DNA of 61,697 bases from an uncultured Peptococcaceae bacterium (GCA_958417755.1 CATZDY010000001.1:1-61697); one strand, 5' to 3'; counted from the first letter of the stretch, positions 20,102 through 31,755 are shown. A program made the numbers and translations. The notes: generated by a model not told the origin, from the sequence alone.

Positions 20102-20314
20102 ATGAAGCTGAGTGCCAGAAATCAAATCGCCGGAAAAATCATTGAAATCAAAGAAGGAAAGGTCAATGATATTGTTATCATGGACATTGGCGGTGGCAAC
20201 CGTATTACTGCAACCATTTCAGTGGATGCGGTGAAAGAATTGGATTTAAAAGTGGGTTCTGAGGCAATTGCAGTGATCAAAGCTACTTCTGTAATGATTG
20301 GCATTCCTGAATAA
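20102..20314 (+). CDS. mop: molybdenum-pterin/molybdate-binding Mop (single TOBE domain)
   Basis: 70 aa: MKLSARNQIAGKIIEIKEGKVNDIVIMDIGGGNRITATIS is the molbindin pattern. AAGGTGAG SD. Confidence 0.85.
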   Translation: MKLSARNQIAGKIIEIKEGKVNDIVIMDIGGGNRITATISVDAVKELDLKVGSEAIAVIKATSVMIGIPE

Positions 20315-20373
20315 TCTGATCTGCACTTTTAGCAACAATGAGGAATTGGTTGGACAATACAAAATGGCATAAA

Positions 20374-20409
20374 AAGGAACTTTTGCAATAAGAGAAGTTC
20401 CTTTTTTTT
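20374..20409 (+). terminator. intrinsic terminator of mop
   Basis: AAGGAACTT/AAGTTCCTT stem followed by T-run. Confidence 0.8.
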
Positions 20410-20709
20410 ATTGAGCAAAGGTTTATCAAGCATTTAAAGGAAAATATAGGTAAAATATTGGTGATTTTAACAATGATTTTATTTGGGTTTAAATAAAGAT
20501 AATATTAACTGATTTTTATAGGGGTTATGGGTTTTGGTTGGGTAAATTGGTATAATGTTGAATAAAGCAATAAATTCGCCTATTCATCACTGTAGCCAAA
20601 GGAATAGAAGGGGGCTTTTTTTGGGGGAGGGAGCTTAGCCAGCAAAGTATTGCCACCTTACCAAACCTTAGATATAATCTAAAGAATACATAAAGATAGC
20701 GGGGATTGC

Positions 20710-23445
20710 ATGAAACTAGAAAAAACATGGCAGGTAAAGCAAGGCAATCCTGCCTTGGAGTATATATTGCAGCATGAGCTGGGGGTTTCTGCGGTACTGG
20801 CTCGTTTGCTGGTCAATCGAGGTATTTATACTGTTGAGGAAGCAAGGGTGTATTTAGAGGCAGAGCCTACCCAATGGTATGATCCCTTTTTGCTGGCTGA
20901 TATGGAAAAAGCAGTGGCCCGGATTCAGCAGGCGCTTCGGCTTTCGGAAAACATATTCATTTACGGGGATTATGATGCAGACGGCATTACCTCCACTGCC
21001 CTTTTGGTCAAGGTATTACGCTGTTTAGGAGGAAATGTCCAATTTTTTATCCCCCAACGGTTAACCCAAGGGTATGGTTTGCATTTGCCTGCTGTGCAAG
21101 AAATCTGGCACCAGGGGTGCTCTTTATTGATTACCGTGGATTGTGGGATCAGTGCCCTGGAGGTGGTCCAAGCTGTGTTGGCCGCTGGGGGACCAGACAT
21201 TATCATTACGGATCATCATGAGGTGCCGGACATCCTTCCCCCAGCCTTGGCTGTCATTAACCCCAAACGAAAGGATTGCTCCTATCCTTTTAAAGAGCTG
21301 GCAGGCGTAGGTGTGGCTTTGAAATTAGCCCAAGGGATATTGCAAGAAAACATGGAGTCCATACAATGGCAGGAGTACTTGGATTTGGCTTGCGTGGGAA
21401 CCATTGCGGATGTGGTTGACTTACAAGGAGAAAACCGCATGTTGGTCAAACAGGGCTTAGCCCAAATTTCTTCCCATTCTTCCCCGGGATTGCAAGCTTT
21501 ACTGACAGTGGCTGGGATAAAAGAGGAGTCTCTAAGAGCCAGGGAAATTGCCTTTGGGGTGGCGCCCCGGCTGAATGCTGCTGGGAGAATGGGAGACGCC
21601 ACCATGGCAGTGGATTTATTGCTAAGTGAAAATCCGGATGAAGCGGCTGCCTTGGCCATACAATTAAATAAAATCAATCAGGACCGGCAAAGAACAGAAA
21701 GCGTTGTTTTGGCAGAGGCTTTGGGGATGTTGGACGGGAATCCTGCTTTGTGCACAGAGGTGATTGTTTTAGGGACAAAGGACTGGCATCCTGGGGTTAT
21801 CGGAATTGTGGCCTCCCGGCTGGTGGAAAAATATAGTCGTCCGGTATTATTGGTGGCTTTTACCTCAGAAGGTGAAGGAAAGGGATCTGGGCGCAGTATT
21901 CCTGGGTTTCATTTGTATGAGGCCTTAGCCCATTGTCAAGAATATTTGTTAAACTTTGGCGGACATGCCCAAGCAGTGGGTTTTTCCCTGGCCCCTGAAC
22001 ATTTGGATTTGTTTCGCCAAGCCATCAATGACCATGCGGCTAGGGTTAGGGTGCAAGATGGCCTGGGCCTTACCTTGGATTTGGATGGCTTGGTGTCTTT
22101 GGAGGATATTTCTTTGTCTTTGGCTGAAGAAATATCTTTGCTGGCTCCCTTGGGCCAGGGAAATCCCGGTCCCTTGTTGGGTTGTTACAAGGCCCAATTA
22201 TTATCTTGCCGGAGTGTAGGCCGGGATAATAAGCATGTAAAGCTGTTGGTAAAGGGAGAACAAGTTGTTTTGGATGGGATTGCTTTTCATCAAGCCCATC
22301 GATTGGCTGCCTTGGAAGAAACAAAAACAGTGGATCTTGCCTTTGTACCCACCATCAATCATTGGAATGGAAAAACCAGTGTGCAGTTGGAGATTATGGA
22401 TATGAAACCATCTAGCCAGGAGATTGCCTGGACGGGGAGGCCGGAACATACCATGTTTTTGTCTCCAGAAGAAGCTTTGCAATCCATGGAAAATTTGGGA
22501 ACAGCGGCTTTTTTGCCCACATTTGCGGTACAGCAGTTACAGGGGGCTTCTTGTATGCTTCCTTTTTTAAACACCAGTGTACCCTGGGAAGCATATGGGC
22601 ATAGAATGAAGGAAACGAAACAAGAAACAGAGGATGCAGGGTCCATCAAACATTGTGCCTTACAGCCTGCTTTTCATCCCATAGCCCATAGGCCTTGGGG
22701 GTTAAAAATGTTGCTACAAAGACCGGGGACTTCTTTGGTCATAGCCTGTAGTCCTGTCCGCACGGTGGAATTGGCTTTTTACTTGCAAGGGGAGGGAATT
22801 CCCGCTGTTTTTCTTCATCGAGGGCTGGAAAAAGACAGGATTACCTTTTGTTTACAAAAAGCCTGGGAGCAGGCTTTGGTGATGGTGATAACGCCGGAAA
22901 TGCTGCCTTTGCTGGAGGAGCATATGCCGGAACGTATTGTTTACTATGATCCTCCTTTTTCCAAAGAAGAGCTTTGGTATACAAATCCAGAATATCAAGC
23001 CTGTAAAGTTTACGACGGCTTTGGCCCAAAAGGGCTTGAGGATTGCAGCAAAATGGCGGCAGCTTGTTTTCCTGACAGGGAGATGTTATTAAAAATGTAT
23101 GCCCATATGCGACGTAAGGGGCCCAAAATACAGCTGTCATCCGAAGCTGTCCCCTCTTTTTTGCGCCAAGCTGGGCTTACCAATGCAGGGGAAATGACCA
23201 TGGCTTTGGGATTAGGGATTTTTGCTGAGCTAGGCCTTTTGCAGTATGAATGGGAGCCAGGTCCACACCCTGGGTGTATGGTGTATCGCTTGCAGCTTCT
23301 TCCCACCAAAGGAAAGAAGGATTTGTCCTGTTCTGCTGCCTTTTGTGCCAGCAAAACTGCCAGGGAAATGGTGACGGGTTGGTGGAAGGAACTGTTATCC
23401 CTATGTGAAGGCGTCAAACAACAACAATCTGAGATTTTAATATAA
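20710..23445 (+). CDS. recJ: single-stranded-DNA-specific exonuclease RecJ (long Firmicute form)
   Basis: DHH motifs YGDYDADGITS and IITDHHE, the DHHA1 motif GGHAQAVG, and a ~330-aa C-terminal region. Confidence 0.92.
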   Translation: MKLEKTWQVKQGNPALEYILQHELGVSAVLARLLVNRGIYTVEEARVYLEAEPTQWYDPFLLADMEKAVARIQQALRLSENIFIYGDYDADGITSTALLVKVLRCLGGNVQFFIPQRLTQGYGLHLPAVQEIWHQGCSLLITVDCGISALEVVQAVLAAGGPDIIITDHHEVPDILPPALAVINPKRKDCSYPFKELAGVGVALKLAQGILQENMESIQWQEYLDLACVGTIADVVDLQGENRMLVKQGLAQISSHSSPGLQALLTVAGIKEESLRAREIAFGVAPRLNAAGRMGDATMAVDLLLSENPDEAAALAIQLNKINQDRQRTESVVLAEALGMLDGNPALCTEVIVLGTKDWHPGVIGIVASRLVEKYSRPVLLVAFTSEGEGKGSGRSIPGFHLYEALAHCQEYLLNFGGHAQAVGFSLAPEHLDLFRQAINDHAARVRVQDGLGLTLDLDGLVSLEDISLSLAEEISLLAPLGQGNPGPLLGCYKAQLLSCRSVGRDNKHVKLLVKGEQVVLDGIAFHQAHRLAALEETKTVDLAFVPTINHWNGKTSVQLEIMDMKPSSQEIAWTGRPEHTMFLSPEEALQSMENLGTAAFLPTFAVQQLQGASCMLPFLNTSVPWEAYGHRMKETKQETEDAGSIKHCALQPAFHPIAHRPWGLKMLLQRPGTSLVIACSPVRTVELAFYLQGEGIPAVFLHRGLEKDRITFCLQKAWEQALVMVITPEMLPLLEEHMPERIVYYDPPFSKEELWYTNPEYQACKVYDGFGPKGLEDCSKMAAACFPDREMLLKMYAHMRRKGPKIQLSSEAVPSFLRQAGLTNAGEMTMALGLGIFAELGLLQYEWEPGPHPGCMVYRLQLLPTKGKKDLSCSAAFCASKTAREMVTGWWKELLSLCEGVKQQQSEILI

Positions 23446-23572
23446 GAAAAAAGGCTTAAAAACAAAAAACAAGAAAAACATAGGGCTTAGGGGAGAAATT
23501 TCGTTTCTTTACCCCAAAGGAAGGGGTATAATGAAGAAAATACACATTCATGCGGGGATGGAGGGATTGTAT

Positions 23573-25762
23573 ATGGATATTGAAGATGTGGTGAAAAAGT
23601 TCATACAATATAATCCCCGTGGTGATGTGTCATTGTTGCGCAAAGCTTATGCTTGTGCAGAGGAAGCCCATAGGGGACAACGCCGTTTTTCCGGGGAAGA
23701 ATACATTGTACATCCGCTCAATGTGGCTATGATTTTGGCTGACTTGGAAATGGATTTGGAAACTTTGCTGGCTGGTTTGTTGCATGATGTGGTGGAGGAT
23801 ACCAAATGGTCCTTGGCAGAGATTGAGGCGGAATTCGGCAAGGAAGTGGCTTTGTTGGTGGATGGGTTAACCAAATTAAGCCGCTTGGAGTTTAAATCCA
23901 AAGAGGAACAACAGGCGGAAAACCTACGCAAAATGTTTTTGGCCATGGCCAAGGATATTCGGGTTATTTTAATCAAATTGGCTGATCGTTTGCATAATAT
24001 GCGTACATTGCGCTATCAGAAGGAAACAAAGCAAAAGGAAATTGCCCGGGAGACCATGGAAATCTATGCACCCTTGGCCAACCGATTGGGGATTTATAAA
24101 TTAAAATGGGAATTAGAGGATTTATCCTTTCGTTATATCAATCCTGAAGCTTATTATGATTTGGCCGAAAAAATTGCCAAAACCAGAGTCAAACGGGAAG
24201 AATATATCAAAGGCGCTATTGCAATCTTAAACGAAAAATTAGAAGAAGTGGGCATTGAGGCGGATATTCAAGGGCGCCCCAAACATTTGTATAGTATTTA
24301 TCAAAAGATGCAAAGAAATCAAAAGGATTTAAGTGAAATTTATGATGCCATGGCAGTGCGTATGATTGTGCATACAGTGAAAGATTGCTATGGTATTTTA
24401 GGCATTGTGCATACTTTATGGAAGCCTATCCCAGGGCAGTTTGATGATTACATTGCCATGCCAAAACCTAATATGTATCAATCCTTGCATACCTCTGTCA
24501 TGGGCTATAAAGGGGAACCCTTGGAAATACAAATACGAACCTGGGATATGCACCGCACGTCAGAATACGGGATTGCCGCTCATTGGCGTTATAAAGAGGG
24601 GGGCAAAGGGGACAAAGAACTGGAACAGAAATTAGCTTGGTTGCGCCAATTGATGGAGTGGCAAAGGGATTTAAGAGATGCCCATGAGTTCATGGAAACC
24701 CTGAAAATAGATTTCTTTACAGATACAGTGTTTGTTTTCACTCCTAAAGGGGATGTGGTAGAACTTCCTTCTGGCTCTACTCCTGTGGACTTTGCCTTTC
24801 GGGTACATACCCAGGTGGGATGTGGTTGTGTGGGGGCTAAGATTAACAATAAAATTGTTCCCTTGGACCATAAGTTAAAAAATGGAGATATTGTGGAAAT
24901 CCTAACTTCTAAAACCTCAGCTGGTCCCAGCAGGGATTGGTTGGCTTTTGTCAAGACCTCCCAAGCAAAAAACAGGATTCGCCACTGGTTTAAACGGGCC
25001 CAAAGGGAAGAATTGGTGGCTAAAGGCAAGGATTTGCTGGAAAAAGAGGCCAAAAAATTGTTGTCCTTTGACTTGGATTTGCTAAAAAGTGATAAAATGC
25101 TGGAAATCGGGAAGAGATATAGTTTACAAACCTTAGAAGACATTTATTTGGCTGTGGGAGACGGGGTTATCAATCCTGTGTCCATTGTGAATAAGTTAAA
25201 GGGAGATCAAAAACCCAAGGAAAAAGGAACTGTGGAAGAAGAGCTGCAACAATTGGCCATGGAAGTGCGGGCCAAACCGGATTGGGGGCGGCCGGTGCAA
25301 GGAATCCGGGTCCGGGGTATTGATAATATATTAATTCGTTTGGCCAACTGTTGTAATCCTGTGCCAGGAGATCCCATAGCTGGTTATATTACCCGGGGTA
25401 GGGGGGTTACCATTCACCGCCAAGATTGTAGTAATATGGCTGTATTTCAGCGTAATGAGACGGATCGGTTGGTGGAAGTTGCTTGGGATGAGGATTTTCA
25501 AGCGCCTTTCCAAGTAAAACTGGAAATAGAGGCCATGGATAGGGCGGGGATGCTCAGCGATATTTTGGCTGTATTGGTGGAACTAAAATTAAACGCCAAT
25601 TCTGTGAGTGCCAAAGGACATCAGGATTCTGCTACCATTGAAATGCTTTTGTATGTAAAAAGCAGGGAACAGCTGGATTATATTATGGCCAGAATCAACC
25701 GGGTGAAAGATGTCTATGGGGTGCACAGAACCAGTAGTCCGATTAACTTTAATGTGGAGTGA
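23573..25762 (+). CDS. relA: bifunctional (p)ppGpp synthetase/hydrolase RelA/SpoT (Rel)
   Basis: HD domain ([23 protein letters not shown]), synthetase domain, TGS domain and ACT domain. A TATAAT box at 23526-23531 overlaps the track start (23531). A GGAGGG SD precedes ATG 23573, so I prefer 23573. Confidence 0.93.
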   Translation: MDIEDVVKKFIQYNPRGDVSLLRKAYACAEEAHRGQRRFSGEEYIVHPLNVAMILADLEMDLETLLAGLLHDVVEDTKWSLAEIEAEFGKEVALLVDGLTKLSRLEFKSKEEQQAENLRKMFLAMAKDIRVILIKLADRLHNMRTLRYQKETKQKEIARETMEIYAPLANRLGIYKLKWELEDLSFRYINPEAYYDLAEKIAKTRVKREEYIKGAIAILNEKLEEVGIEADIQGRPKHLYSIYQKMQRNQKDLSEIYDAMAVRMIVHTVKDCYGILGIVHTLWKPIPGQFDDYIAMPKPNMYQSLHTSVMGYKGEPLEIQIRTWDMHRTSEYGIAAHWRYKEGGKGDKELEQKLAWLRQLMEWQRDLRDAHEFMETLKIDFFTDTVFVFTPKGDVVELPSGSTPVDFAFRVHTQVGCGCVGAKINNKIVPLDHKLKNGDIVEILTSKTSAGPSRDWLAFVKTSQAKNRIRHWFKRAQREELVAKGKDLLEKEAKKLLSFDLDLLKSDKMLEIGKRYSLQTLEDIYLAVGDGVINPVSIVNKLKGDQKPKEKGTVEEELQQLAMEVRAKPDWGRPVQGIRVRGIDNILIRLANCCNPVPGDPIAGYITRGRGVTIHRQDCSNMAVFQRNETDRLVEVAWDEDFQAPFQVKLEIEAMDRAGMLSDILAVLVELKLNANSVSAKGHQDSATIEMLLYVKSREQLDYIMARINRVKDVYGVHRTSSPINFNVE

Positions 25763-25770
25763 ATGGCAAA

Positions 25771-26235
25771 ATGAGGGCAGTGATACAGCGGGTGTTACGG
25801 GGCTCTGTTACCCTAGAGCCAGGCACAGCAAAGGAACGGAAAGTAGCGGAAATAGAAAATGGTGTGGTAATACTATTAGGGGTGGGGCAAGAAGACGGAC
25901 CAGATGATGCCTGTTATTTGGCCCGCAAAGTGGCTCAGTTGCGTATTTTTGAGGATACAGAGGGAAAACTCAATCTTTCCTTGCTGGAAACAAAAGGAGC
26001 GGCTCTGGTGGTTTCTCAATTTACCTTATACGGAGATTGTCATCAAGGAAGACGTCCCAGCTTTACCCAAGCTGCGCCAGCGGAGCTGGGCAAGTCCCTG
26101 TATGAGGTTTTTATTCAACAGTTAAAAGCATTGAAAGTGCCTGTGGCCACTGGTCAATTTCAGACCCATATGCAAGTGGAAATTATCAATGACGGTCCTG
26201 TGACCATGCTTTTGGATAGCAAAAAAACATTTTAA
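25771..26235 (+). CDS. dtd: D-aminoacyl-tRNA deacylase
   Basis: MRAVIQRV...SQFTLYGD...GRRPSF. Start taken at ATG 25771. Confidence 0.93.
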   Translation: MRAVIQRVLRGSVTLEPGTAKERKVAEIENGVVILLGVGQEDGPDDACYLARKVAQLRIFEDTEGKLNLSLLETKGAALVVSQFTLYGDCHQGRRPSFTQAAPAELGKSLYEVFIQQLKALKVPVATGQFQTHMQVEIINDGPVTMLLDSKKTF

Positions 26236-26271
26236 CAATAAAAACTGGTTTGTTCACAAGGGGGAATTGTT

Positions 26272-26895
26272 TTGATTTTCGAAGCTCTATCCGTAGGGCC
26301 CATGGATACCAATTGCTATTTGGTGGGATGCGAAAAAACCCGTTTGGCCATGGTGGTGGATCCTGGTTTTGAAGGGAAAAAGATTGTGCAAAAGCTCAAG
26401 GACTTACAACTAACATGCGCCTATATTGTGTTGACCCATGGGCATGTGGATCACCTCAGTGCATTGTCTGAGGTCCAAAAAGCCACGGGAGCCCAGGTAT
26501 TGATCCATCAAGAGGATGCTGCCATGTTAACAGATGCAACATTGAATTTATCCACCCTCATGGGGTCTAGTATTGCCTTACAGCCAGCGGATCGTTTGTT
26601 ACAAGAGGGGAATTGTATTGAAGTAGGTTCTTTGCAAGTCAAGGTGTTGCATACCCCTGGACATACCTTAGGGGGCATTACGTTGGTATTGCCGGATCGT
26701 TTGCTAACCGGGGATACATTGTTCGCCGGTTCCGTAGGACGCTCGGATTTTCCCGGTGGTAGCCACCAACAGCTTATTGCCTCCATTCGAAATAAGTTGT
26801 TGGGATTCCCGGATGAAACAGGTGTGTACCCAGGGCACGGACCAGCCTCCACCATTGGGGAAGAAAAAAGAGATAATCCCTTTTTGCATAGATAA
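26272..26895 (+). CDS. MBL-fold metallo-hydrolase (glyoxalase II-like)
   Basis: The THGHVDH motif, plus HTPGHT and D/H ligands downstream. TTG start. Confidence 0.85.
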   Translation: MIFEALSVGPMDTNCYLVGCEKTRLAMVVDPGFEGKKIVQKLKDLQLTCAYIVLTHGHVDHLSALSEVQKATGAQVLIHQEDAAMLTDATLNLSTLMGSSIALQPADRLLQEGNCIEVGSLQVKVLHTPGHTLGGITLVLPDRLLTGDTLFAGSVGRSDFPGGSHQQLIASIRNKLLGFPDETGVYPGHGPASTIGEEKRDNPFLHR

Positions 26896-26901
26896 AAGAT
26901 A

Positions 26902-26932
26902 AAAAGGCGAACAAAGTTCGCCTTTTGTTTTT
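26902..26932. terminator. terminator hairpin between convergent genes
   Basis: AAAAGGCGAAC/GTTCGCCTTTT 11-bp stem with a 3-nt loop, followed by GTTTTT. Confidence 0.8.
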
Positions 26933-27026
26933 CCTTTTAAGATACTTAAAAGCGAAAAGCGAACTTTACCATCATCTGGGGATTACTGCTAGGCATGTGT
27001 GGCCAAGAAATCATAGCCAAGTATGC

Positions 27027-27278
27027 CTATTGCTTTTCTTGCTCAGAATGGCAATGGTGACAAGAGCAACTGTGGGCATGTGGTTTTTTCGGGGAACAAG
27101 CATCTTGTTTTGGTTTTAAGCCCATGGAATCAAAGGCAGTGACAATTTGTTTGCGTATACCAGCTAAATACTGCTCCCGCAATTGCTTTTGTTCCAAACG
27201 TTCTGCCTCGTTTAAGGTTCCTTCCCGTTGTTTTTGGGCCAACTGATTGATGCGAAGTACCAAGGCTTCAGAAATCAT
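27027..27278 (-). CDS. DUF896/UPF0291 (YnzC-like) small protein with a Cys/His-rich C-terminal tail
   Basis: MISEALVLRINQLAQKQREGTLNEAERLEQKQLREQYL is the DUF896 pattern. An AAGGAGTG SD lies 6 nt before ATG 27278. The longer track ORF (to 27446) has no SD. Tail: PHAHSCSCHHCHSEQEKQ. Confidence 0.8.
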   Translation of the reverse strand: MISEALVLRINQLAQKQREGTLNEAERLEQKQLREQYLAGIRKQIVTAFDSMGLKPKQDACSPKKPHAHSCSCHHCHSEQEKQ

Positions 27279-27488
27279 GGAAAACACTCCTTGCATATGA
27301 ATGATGTTGATTATATCATGTTTTTGACAGATCGCCCAGTGATGAAGAAAAAATAGCAAGTCATCATTGCAAGCTGAAGAGAGAAGGAAAGAATGCTGAA
27401 GAGCAGCTGATAAGACAAATATCTGTTTAGGATGATGGAAAGGCATGACAAAAAATGGGATTCAAAAGGAATAGAAGGGGGTAAGAAA

Positions 27489-28187
27489 ATGGAGGGGCAA
27501 AAAAAGATATTGGACGCAAAAGATTTGGCTGGCATGATTGAGCATACCCTTTTGAAACCAGAGACCACGGAAAAGCAGATTGCTCAAATCTGTCAAGAGG
27601 CCAGGGAATATGAATTTGCAGCTGTGTGTATCAACCCTTGTTATGTTTCCATTGCCCAAGATTATTTGGCCCAAAGCACAGTGTCAGTGTGTACAGTGAT
27701 TGGCTTTCCCCTGGGAGCTGGGACCTTTGCGGCGAAATTGACGGAAACCCAGCAAGCTCTTCGGAATGGGGCTGATGAATTGGATATGGTACTAAACATT
27801 GGGTGGCTTAAATCCGGCTTTTATGACAAGGTGGAGGCAGAAATCCGGGAGATTGTGCAACAAGCAAAAGGAGGGGGAACTTTTGCCAGGGTAAAGGTTA
27901 TTTTGGAAACTTGTTTGTTGACAGCAGAGGAGAAGAAAACTGCTTGTCAATTGGCCCAAAGGGCTGGGGCTGATTTTGTAAAAACCAGTACAGGGTACGG
28001 AGCCCATGGTGCTACGGTGGAAGATGTGGTGTTGATGCGGCAGGTGGTGGGGTCTGATATGGGGATAAAAGCTGCGGGAGGAATTAAAACCCTTTCCCAA
28101 GCCTTGGCGTTCATCCAAGCAGGAGCAAATCGAATTGGCGCCAGTGCGGGTAAAACAATCATGCAGCAATGGGAGTCGTCAACATAG
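27489..28187 (+). CDS. deoC: deoxyribose-phosphate aldolase
   Basis: IEHTLLKPETT, AAVCINPCYV and the Schiff-base lysine context FVKTSTGYG. Start taken at ATG 27489 after a GAAGGGGG SD. Confidence 0.9.
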   Translation: MEGQKKILDAKDLAGMIEHTLLKPETTEKQIAQICQEAREYEFAAVCINPCYVSIAQDYLAQSTVSVCTVIGFPLGAGTFAAKLTETQQALRNGADELDMVLNIGWLKSGFYDKVEAEIREIVQQAKGGGTFARVKVILETCLLTAEEKKTACQLAQRAGADFVKTSTGYGAHGATVEDVVLMRQVVGSDMGIKAAGGIKTLSQALAFIQAGANRIGASAGKTIMQQWESST

Positions 28188-28231
28188 AAGGAAATCATTG
28201 TTGGTGCAAGGTGAAATAAGGTCGGTCGGAG

Positions 28232-28260
28232 TTGACAAATATTTGCCCTTTGCGTAAAAT
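28232..28260 (+). promoter_or_regulatory. near-consensus sigma-A promoter of the hisS-aspS operon
   Basis: TTGACA (28232-28237), 17-nt spacer, TAAAAT (28255-28260). Confidence 0.75.
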
Positions 28261-28266
28261 TTATGT

Positions 28267-28592
28267 GGTATACATTACCTATAAGGTAATGTATTGTTGG
28301 AAAAAGGGAAAATCCAAAGTAAATTCCGGGACAGCATGTCTGAAAAGGAGATGTTGAAAATACCCAGGAACGGTTCCTGGAGAAGTTTTGGATAAACTCC
28401 CCTGTGGGTTTAGAACCCGGGGGAGAATAGGTTTAGACAAAGGGTATACATACCGGAAAGGACACTTAAGCCCCAAAGGGTATATACTCCCGTTCCTGGT
28501 ACGTGATGTTTCATGGCCGGGCCGGGGGTTTCATTTTTCTTACGCATGTATTGCGATGTTAGTAAACCATATGGATAGGGAGAGGATTTTGC
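28267..28592 (+). promoter_or_regulatory. long structured 5' leader of hisS-aspS; class unresolved (not a clean T-box by eye)
   Basis: About 330 nt lie between the promoter and the hisS GTG. There is a 10-bp perfect hairpin at 28271-28295. CCAGGAACG (28364-28372) can pair with the adjacent GTTCCTGG (28373-28380) or with the distal CGTTCCTGG (28491-28499). There is a nested hairpin CTCCCC..GGGGAG at about 28398-28426. A TGGTAC core (28497-28502) and a CAC triplet (28462-28464) are present, but GGGTGGTACCGCG is absent. Confidence 0.4.
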
Positions 28593-29861
28593 GTGGTAGT
28601 GAGCAGGCCTAGGGGTACAGGGGATATTACACCAGGGGAAATAGCCAAATGGCGGTATGTGGAAGATACGTTTCGGAATATCAGTCAGGCGTATCATTAT
28701 CAAGAAATCCGTACCCCCATATTTGAACATACAGAGTTGTTTGTGCGGGGTGTGGGGGATACCACGGATATTGTGGAAAAGGAAATGTACACATTTTTGG
28801 ATCGGGGCGAACGCAGCATGACCTTACGTCCTGAAGGAACAGCTGCTACGGCCAGGGCTTATTTGGAAAATAATTTAAATGCCGGACCACAGCCAGTGAA
28901 ACTTTATTATCTGGGACCTATGTTTCGCTATGATCGCCCCCAGGCCGGCAGGTTTCGGCAGTTTCACCAAGTGGGGGTAGAAGCTTTTGGTTCTGATGAT
29001 CCGGCCTTGGATGCAGAGGTCATTGCCATGGCCATGGATTTTTATGACCAATTGGGCTTGCAAAATTTGGCTTTGCACATCAATAGTGTGGGTTGTCCCC
29101 AATGCCGCGCTGTATTGCGGGAAAAGCTCTTGGCCTTTTTTAAACCTAATTTGGAGCGTTTTTGTGGCAACTGTCAATCCCGCTACCAGCGGAATCCTTT
29201 GCGGATGCTGGATTGCAAAAGTGCTCAATGCGCCCAATTATCCCAAGGGGCTCCCAGTACATTGGATTGTCTTTGTGAACATTGTGCAACGCATTTTACC
29301 AAGGTAAAGCACAATCTTGATTTACTGGGTATTGCCTATATTGTGAATCCCAGGTTGGTGCGTGGTTTGGATTATTATACCCAGACTGCTTTTGAAATCA
29401 TGGCCTTGGACATAGGGGCGCAAAGTTCCATTGGTGGTGGTGGCCGGTACAATGGTTTGATGGAATCCTGTGGTGGACAGGCTACCCCAGGGGTGGGTTA
29501 TGCTTTGGGCTTGGAGCGCATTATCTTGGCCATGGAACAACAGGGGATTGTCTGGCCTTTGCCTAAGGGTTTGGATGTGTTTGTGGCTGTGGCGGATGTT
29601 CAGGCAGAGGAGCAGGCCGTGCAGCTGTTATCCGCTTTGCGTAAGGCAGGGATAAGCGCGGAGAAAGATTATTTAACCCGAAGCTTAAAAGCGCAGATGA
29701 AATATGCTGGTAAATTAAAGCCTCGTTACACTGTGTTATTGGGTAGCGATGAATTGGCCAGAGGGGCTGTGAGTGTCAAAAATATGGCCCAGGGAGAGCA
29801 AAAAGAGGTTTTGTTGTCCCAAGTGATTGAAACATTACTGACCCAAACAAGGAATCAGTAG
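28593..29861 (+). CDS. hisS: histidine--tRNA ligase
   Basis: [21 protein letters not shown]-terminus. Class-II motifs include RGLDYYT and [11 protein letters not shown] start after a GGGAGAGG SD. Confidence 0.93.
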   Translation: MVVSRPRGTGDITPGEIAKWRYVEDTFRNISQAYHYQEIRTPIFEHTELFVRGVGDTTDIVEKEMYTFLDRGERSMTLRPEGTAATARAYLENNLNAGPQPVKLYYLGPMFRYDRPQAGRFRQFHQVGVEAFGSDDPALDAEVIAMAMDFYDQLGLQNLALHINSVGCPQCRAVLREKLLAFFKPNLERFCGNCQSRYQRNPLRMLDCKSAQCAQLSQGAPSTLDCLCEHCATHFTKVKHNLDLLGIAYIVNPRLVRGLDYYTQTAFEIMALDIGAQSSIGGGGRYNGLMESCGGQATPGVGYALGLERIILAMEQQGIVWPLPKGLDVFVAVADVQAEEQAVQLLSALRKAGISAEKDYLTRSLKAQMKYAGKLKPRYTVLLGSDELARGAVSVKNMAQGEQKEVLLSQVIETLLTQTRNQ

Positions 29862-29943
29862 GTTTTATCAATTTGCAGTTGCATGGTTGCAAGAATGGGT
29901 AGTAAGGTGTAGATATTTTATAATAAGCTGGGAGGATTACAGC

Positions 29944-31755
29944 ATGTCTGAAAGTATGGGGACATTGAAAAGAACGCATATGTGCGGGGAATTGCGCTTA
30001 GAGCATGTGAAGCAGCAAGTGGTATTGATGGGGTGGGTACAAAAAAGACGGGACCATGGTGGTTTGATTTTTGTGGATTTGCGGGATCGTACGGGGATTG
30101 TGCAGGTGGTCTTTAGCCCAGAACAAGCCAATGAAGCCTTTGCAAAGGCTGAAACTGTGCGCAGTGAGTATGTGTTGGCTGTGGAAGGAACCGTGGGACC
30201 CAGGCCTGAGGGAACAGAAAATCCTGCCTTACCCACTGGTGCTGTGGATGTATTGTGTACAAGCTTGCGTATTTTAAACCGAGCCAAAACCCCGCCTTTT
30301 TATGTGGAAGATGGGGTAGATGTGGATGAGAATTTGCGTTTGCGTTATCGGTATTTGGATTTAAGAAGGCCAGAAATGCAATATGCAGTCCAATTGCGTC
30401 ACGATGTGGCCCGGGCTTCCCGGGCGTATTTGGCTGACCATGGTTTTTGGGAAATTGATACCCCGATTCTAAATAAAAGTACGCCGGAAGGAGCCCGGGA
30501 TTATTTGGTTCCCAGCAGGGTGAATCCCGGACATTTCTATGCTTTGCCTCAATCTCCCCAATTGTTTAAACAAATTCTGATGGTTAGTGGCATGGATCGT
30601 TATTATCAGATTGCCCGTTGTTTCCGGGATGAGGATTTAAGAGCAGATCGGCAGCCCGAATTTTCGCAAATTGATTTGGAAATGTCTTTTATCAATGAAG
30701 ATGATATTATGACTTTAATGGAAGGCTTGATTGCCCATATTTTCGCCCAAACCAAGGGGATTTCTTTGTCCCTTCCATTTCCCCGCTTAAGCTATCAAGA
30801 AGCCATGGATCGATTTGGTTCAGATAAGCCGGATACCCGCTTTGGCATGGAATTGGTGGATATTGGCGATGTGGCCCAACAATGTAATTTTAAGGTCTTT
30901 ACCAGTGCTTTGGCCAGTGGTGGTTTTGTTAAAGGGATCAATGCCAAAGGTTGCGGGACTTATAGCCGTAAAGATATTGATGATTTGACAGCCTTTGCCA
31001 ACATCTATAAGGCCAAGGGCTTAGCTTATTTTATTGTAACAGAAGAAGGGGTAAAATCACCCATTGCTAAGTTCTTTGGGCAGCCAGAGATGGATACCAT
31101 TTTAAGCAGAATGAAAGCCCAGCCAGGGGATTTACTTTTGTTTGTGGCAGACGAGCCGGCGGTGGTTTGGGCTTCTTTGGGCGCTTTGCGGGTGCATCTG
31201 GCTGAACGTTTGGGGCTTATACCGGAAGAGCAATATCACTTTCTGTGGGTAACGGATTTTCCTATGTTTGAATACAATCCGGAAAGCCAACGTTATGAAG
31301 CCATGCACCATCCTTTTACGGCGCCCAAGGAAGAGGATTTTGCTTTATTGGAAACTGAGCCTGGCAAGGTGCGGGCCAGGGCTTATGACATGGTGCTCAA
31401 TGGGGTAGAAATCGGAGGCGGCAGTATTCGTATCCACCAACGGGACGTGCAAGAAAGCGTGTTCAAGGCCATTGGGTTAGAACAAGAGGATACTCGGGAG
31501 AAATTTGGTTTCATGTTAGAAGCCTTTGATTATGGAACCCCACCCCATGGAGGGCTTGCCTTTGGTTTTGACCGTTTGGTAATGTTACTGGCAGGCAAGA
31601 AAACCATTCGGGATGTGATTCCTTTCCCCAAAACCCAAAGCGCCACTTGTTTGCTTACAAATGCCCCCAATACAGTGGATCCCTTGCAGCTTAAGGAACT
31701 CCATATACGGATGGATGTCAAACAACCCAAAGGGGTACAACAAAACAGCAAATAA
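29944..31755 (+). CDS. aspS: aspartate--tRNA ligase
   Basis: [40 protein letters not shown] and [17 protein letters not shown] before ATG 29944. The track start at 29887 is unlikely. Confidence 0.93.
   Translation: MSESMGTLKRTHMCGELRLEHVKQQVVLMGWVQKRRDHGGLIFVDLRDRTGIVQVVFSPEQANEAFAKAETVRSEYVLAVEGTVGPRPEGTENPALPTGAVDVLCTSLRILNRAKTPPFYVEDGVDVDENLRLRYRYLDLRRPEMQYAVQLRHDVARASRAYLADHGFWEIDTPILNKSTPEGARDYLVPSRVNPGHFYALPQSPQLFKQILMVSGMDRYYQIARCFRDEDLRADRQPEFSQIDLEMSFINEDDIMTLMEGLIAHIFAQTKGISLSLPFPRLSYQEAMDRFGSDKPDTRFGMELVDIGDVAQQCNFKVFTSALASGGFVKGINAKGCGTYSRKDIDDLTAFANIYKAKGLAYFIVTEEGVKSPIAKFFGQPEMDTILSRMKAQPGDLLLFVADEPAVVWASLGALRVHLAERLGLIPEEQYHFLWVTDFPMFEYNPESQRYEAMHHPFTAPKEEDFALLETEPGKVRARAYDMVLNGVEIGGGSIRIHQRDVQESVFKAIGLEQEDTREKFGFMLEAFDYGTPPHGGLAFGFDRLVMLLAGKKTIRDVIPFPKTQSATCLLTNAPNTVDPLQLKELHIRMDVKQPKGVQQNSK

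Noticed and set aside
22700-23445. Helicase-C-like pattern (LVIACSPVRTVELAFYLQGEGIPAVFLHRGL...VMVITPEML...IVYYDPPFS) in the long RecJ C-terminus, considered as a novel fusion.
   Set aside because: Long Firmicute RecJ proteins are known to carry a family-specific C-terminal domain, and B. subtilis RecJ is also ~790 aa as I recall. Without a search I cannot claim this is new.
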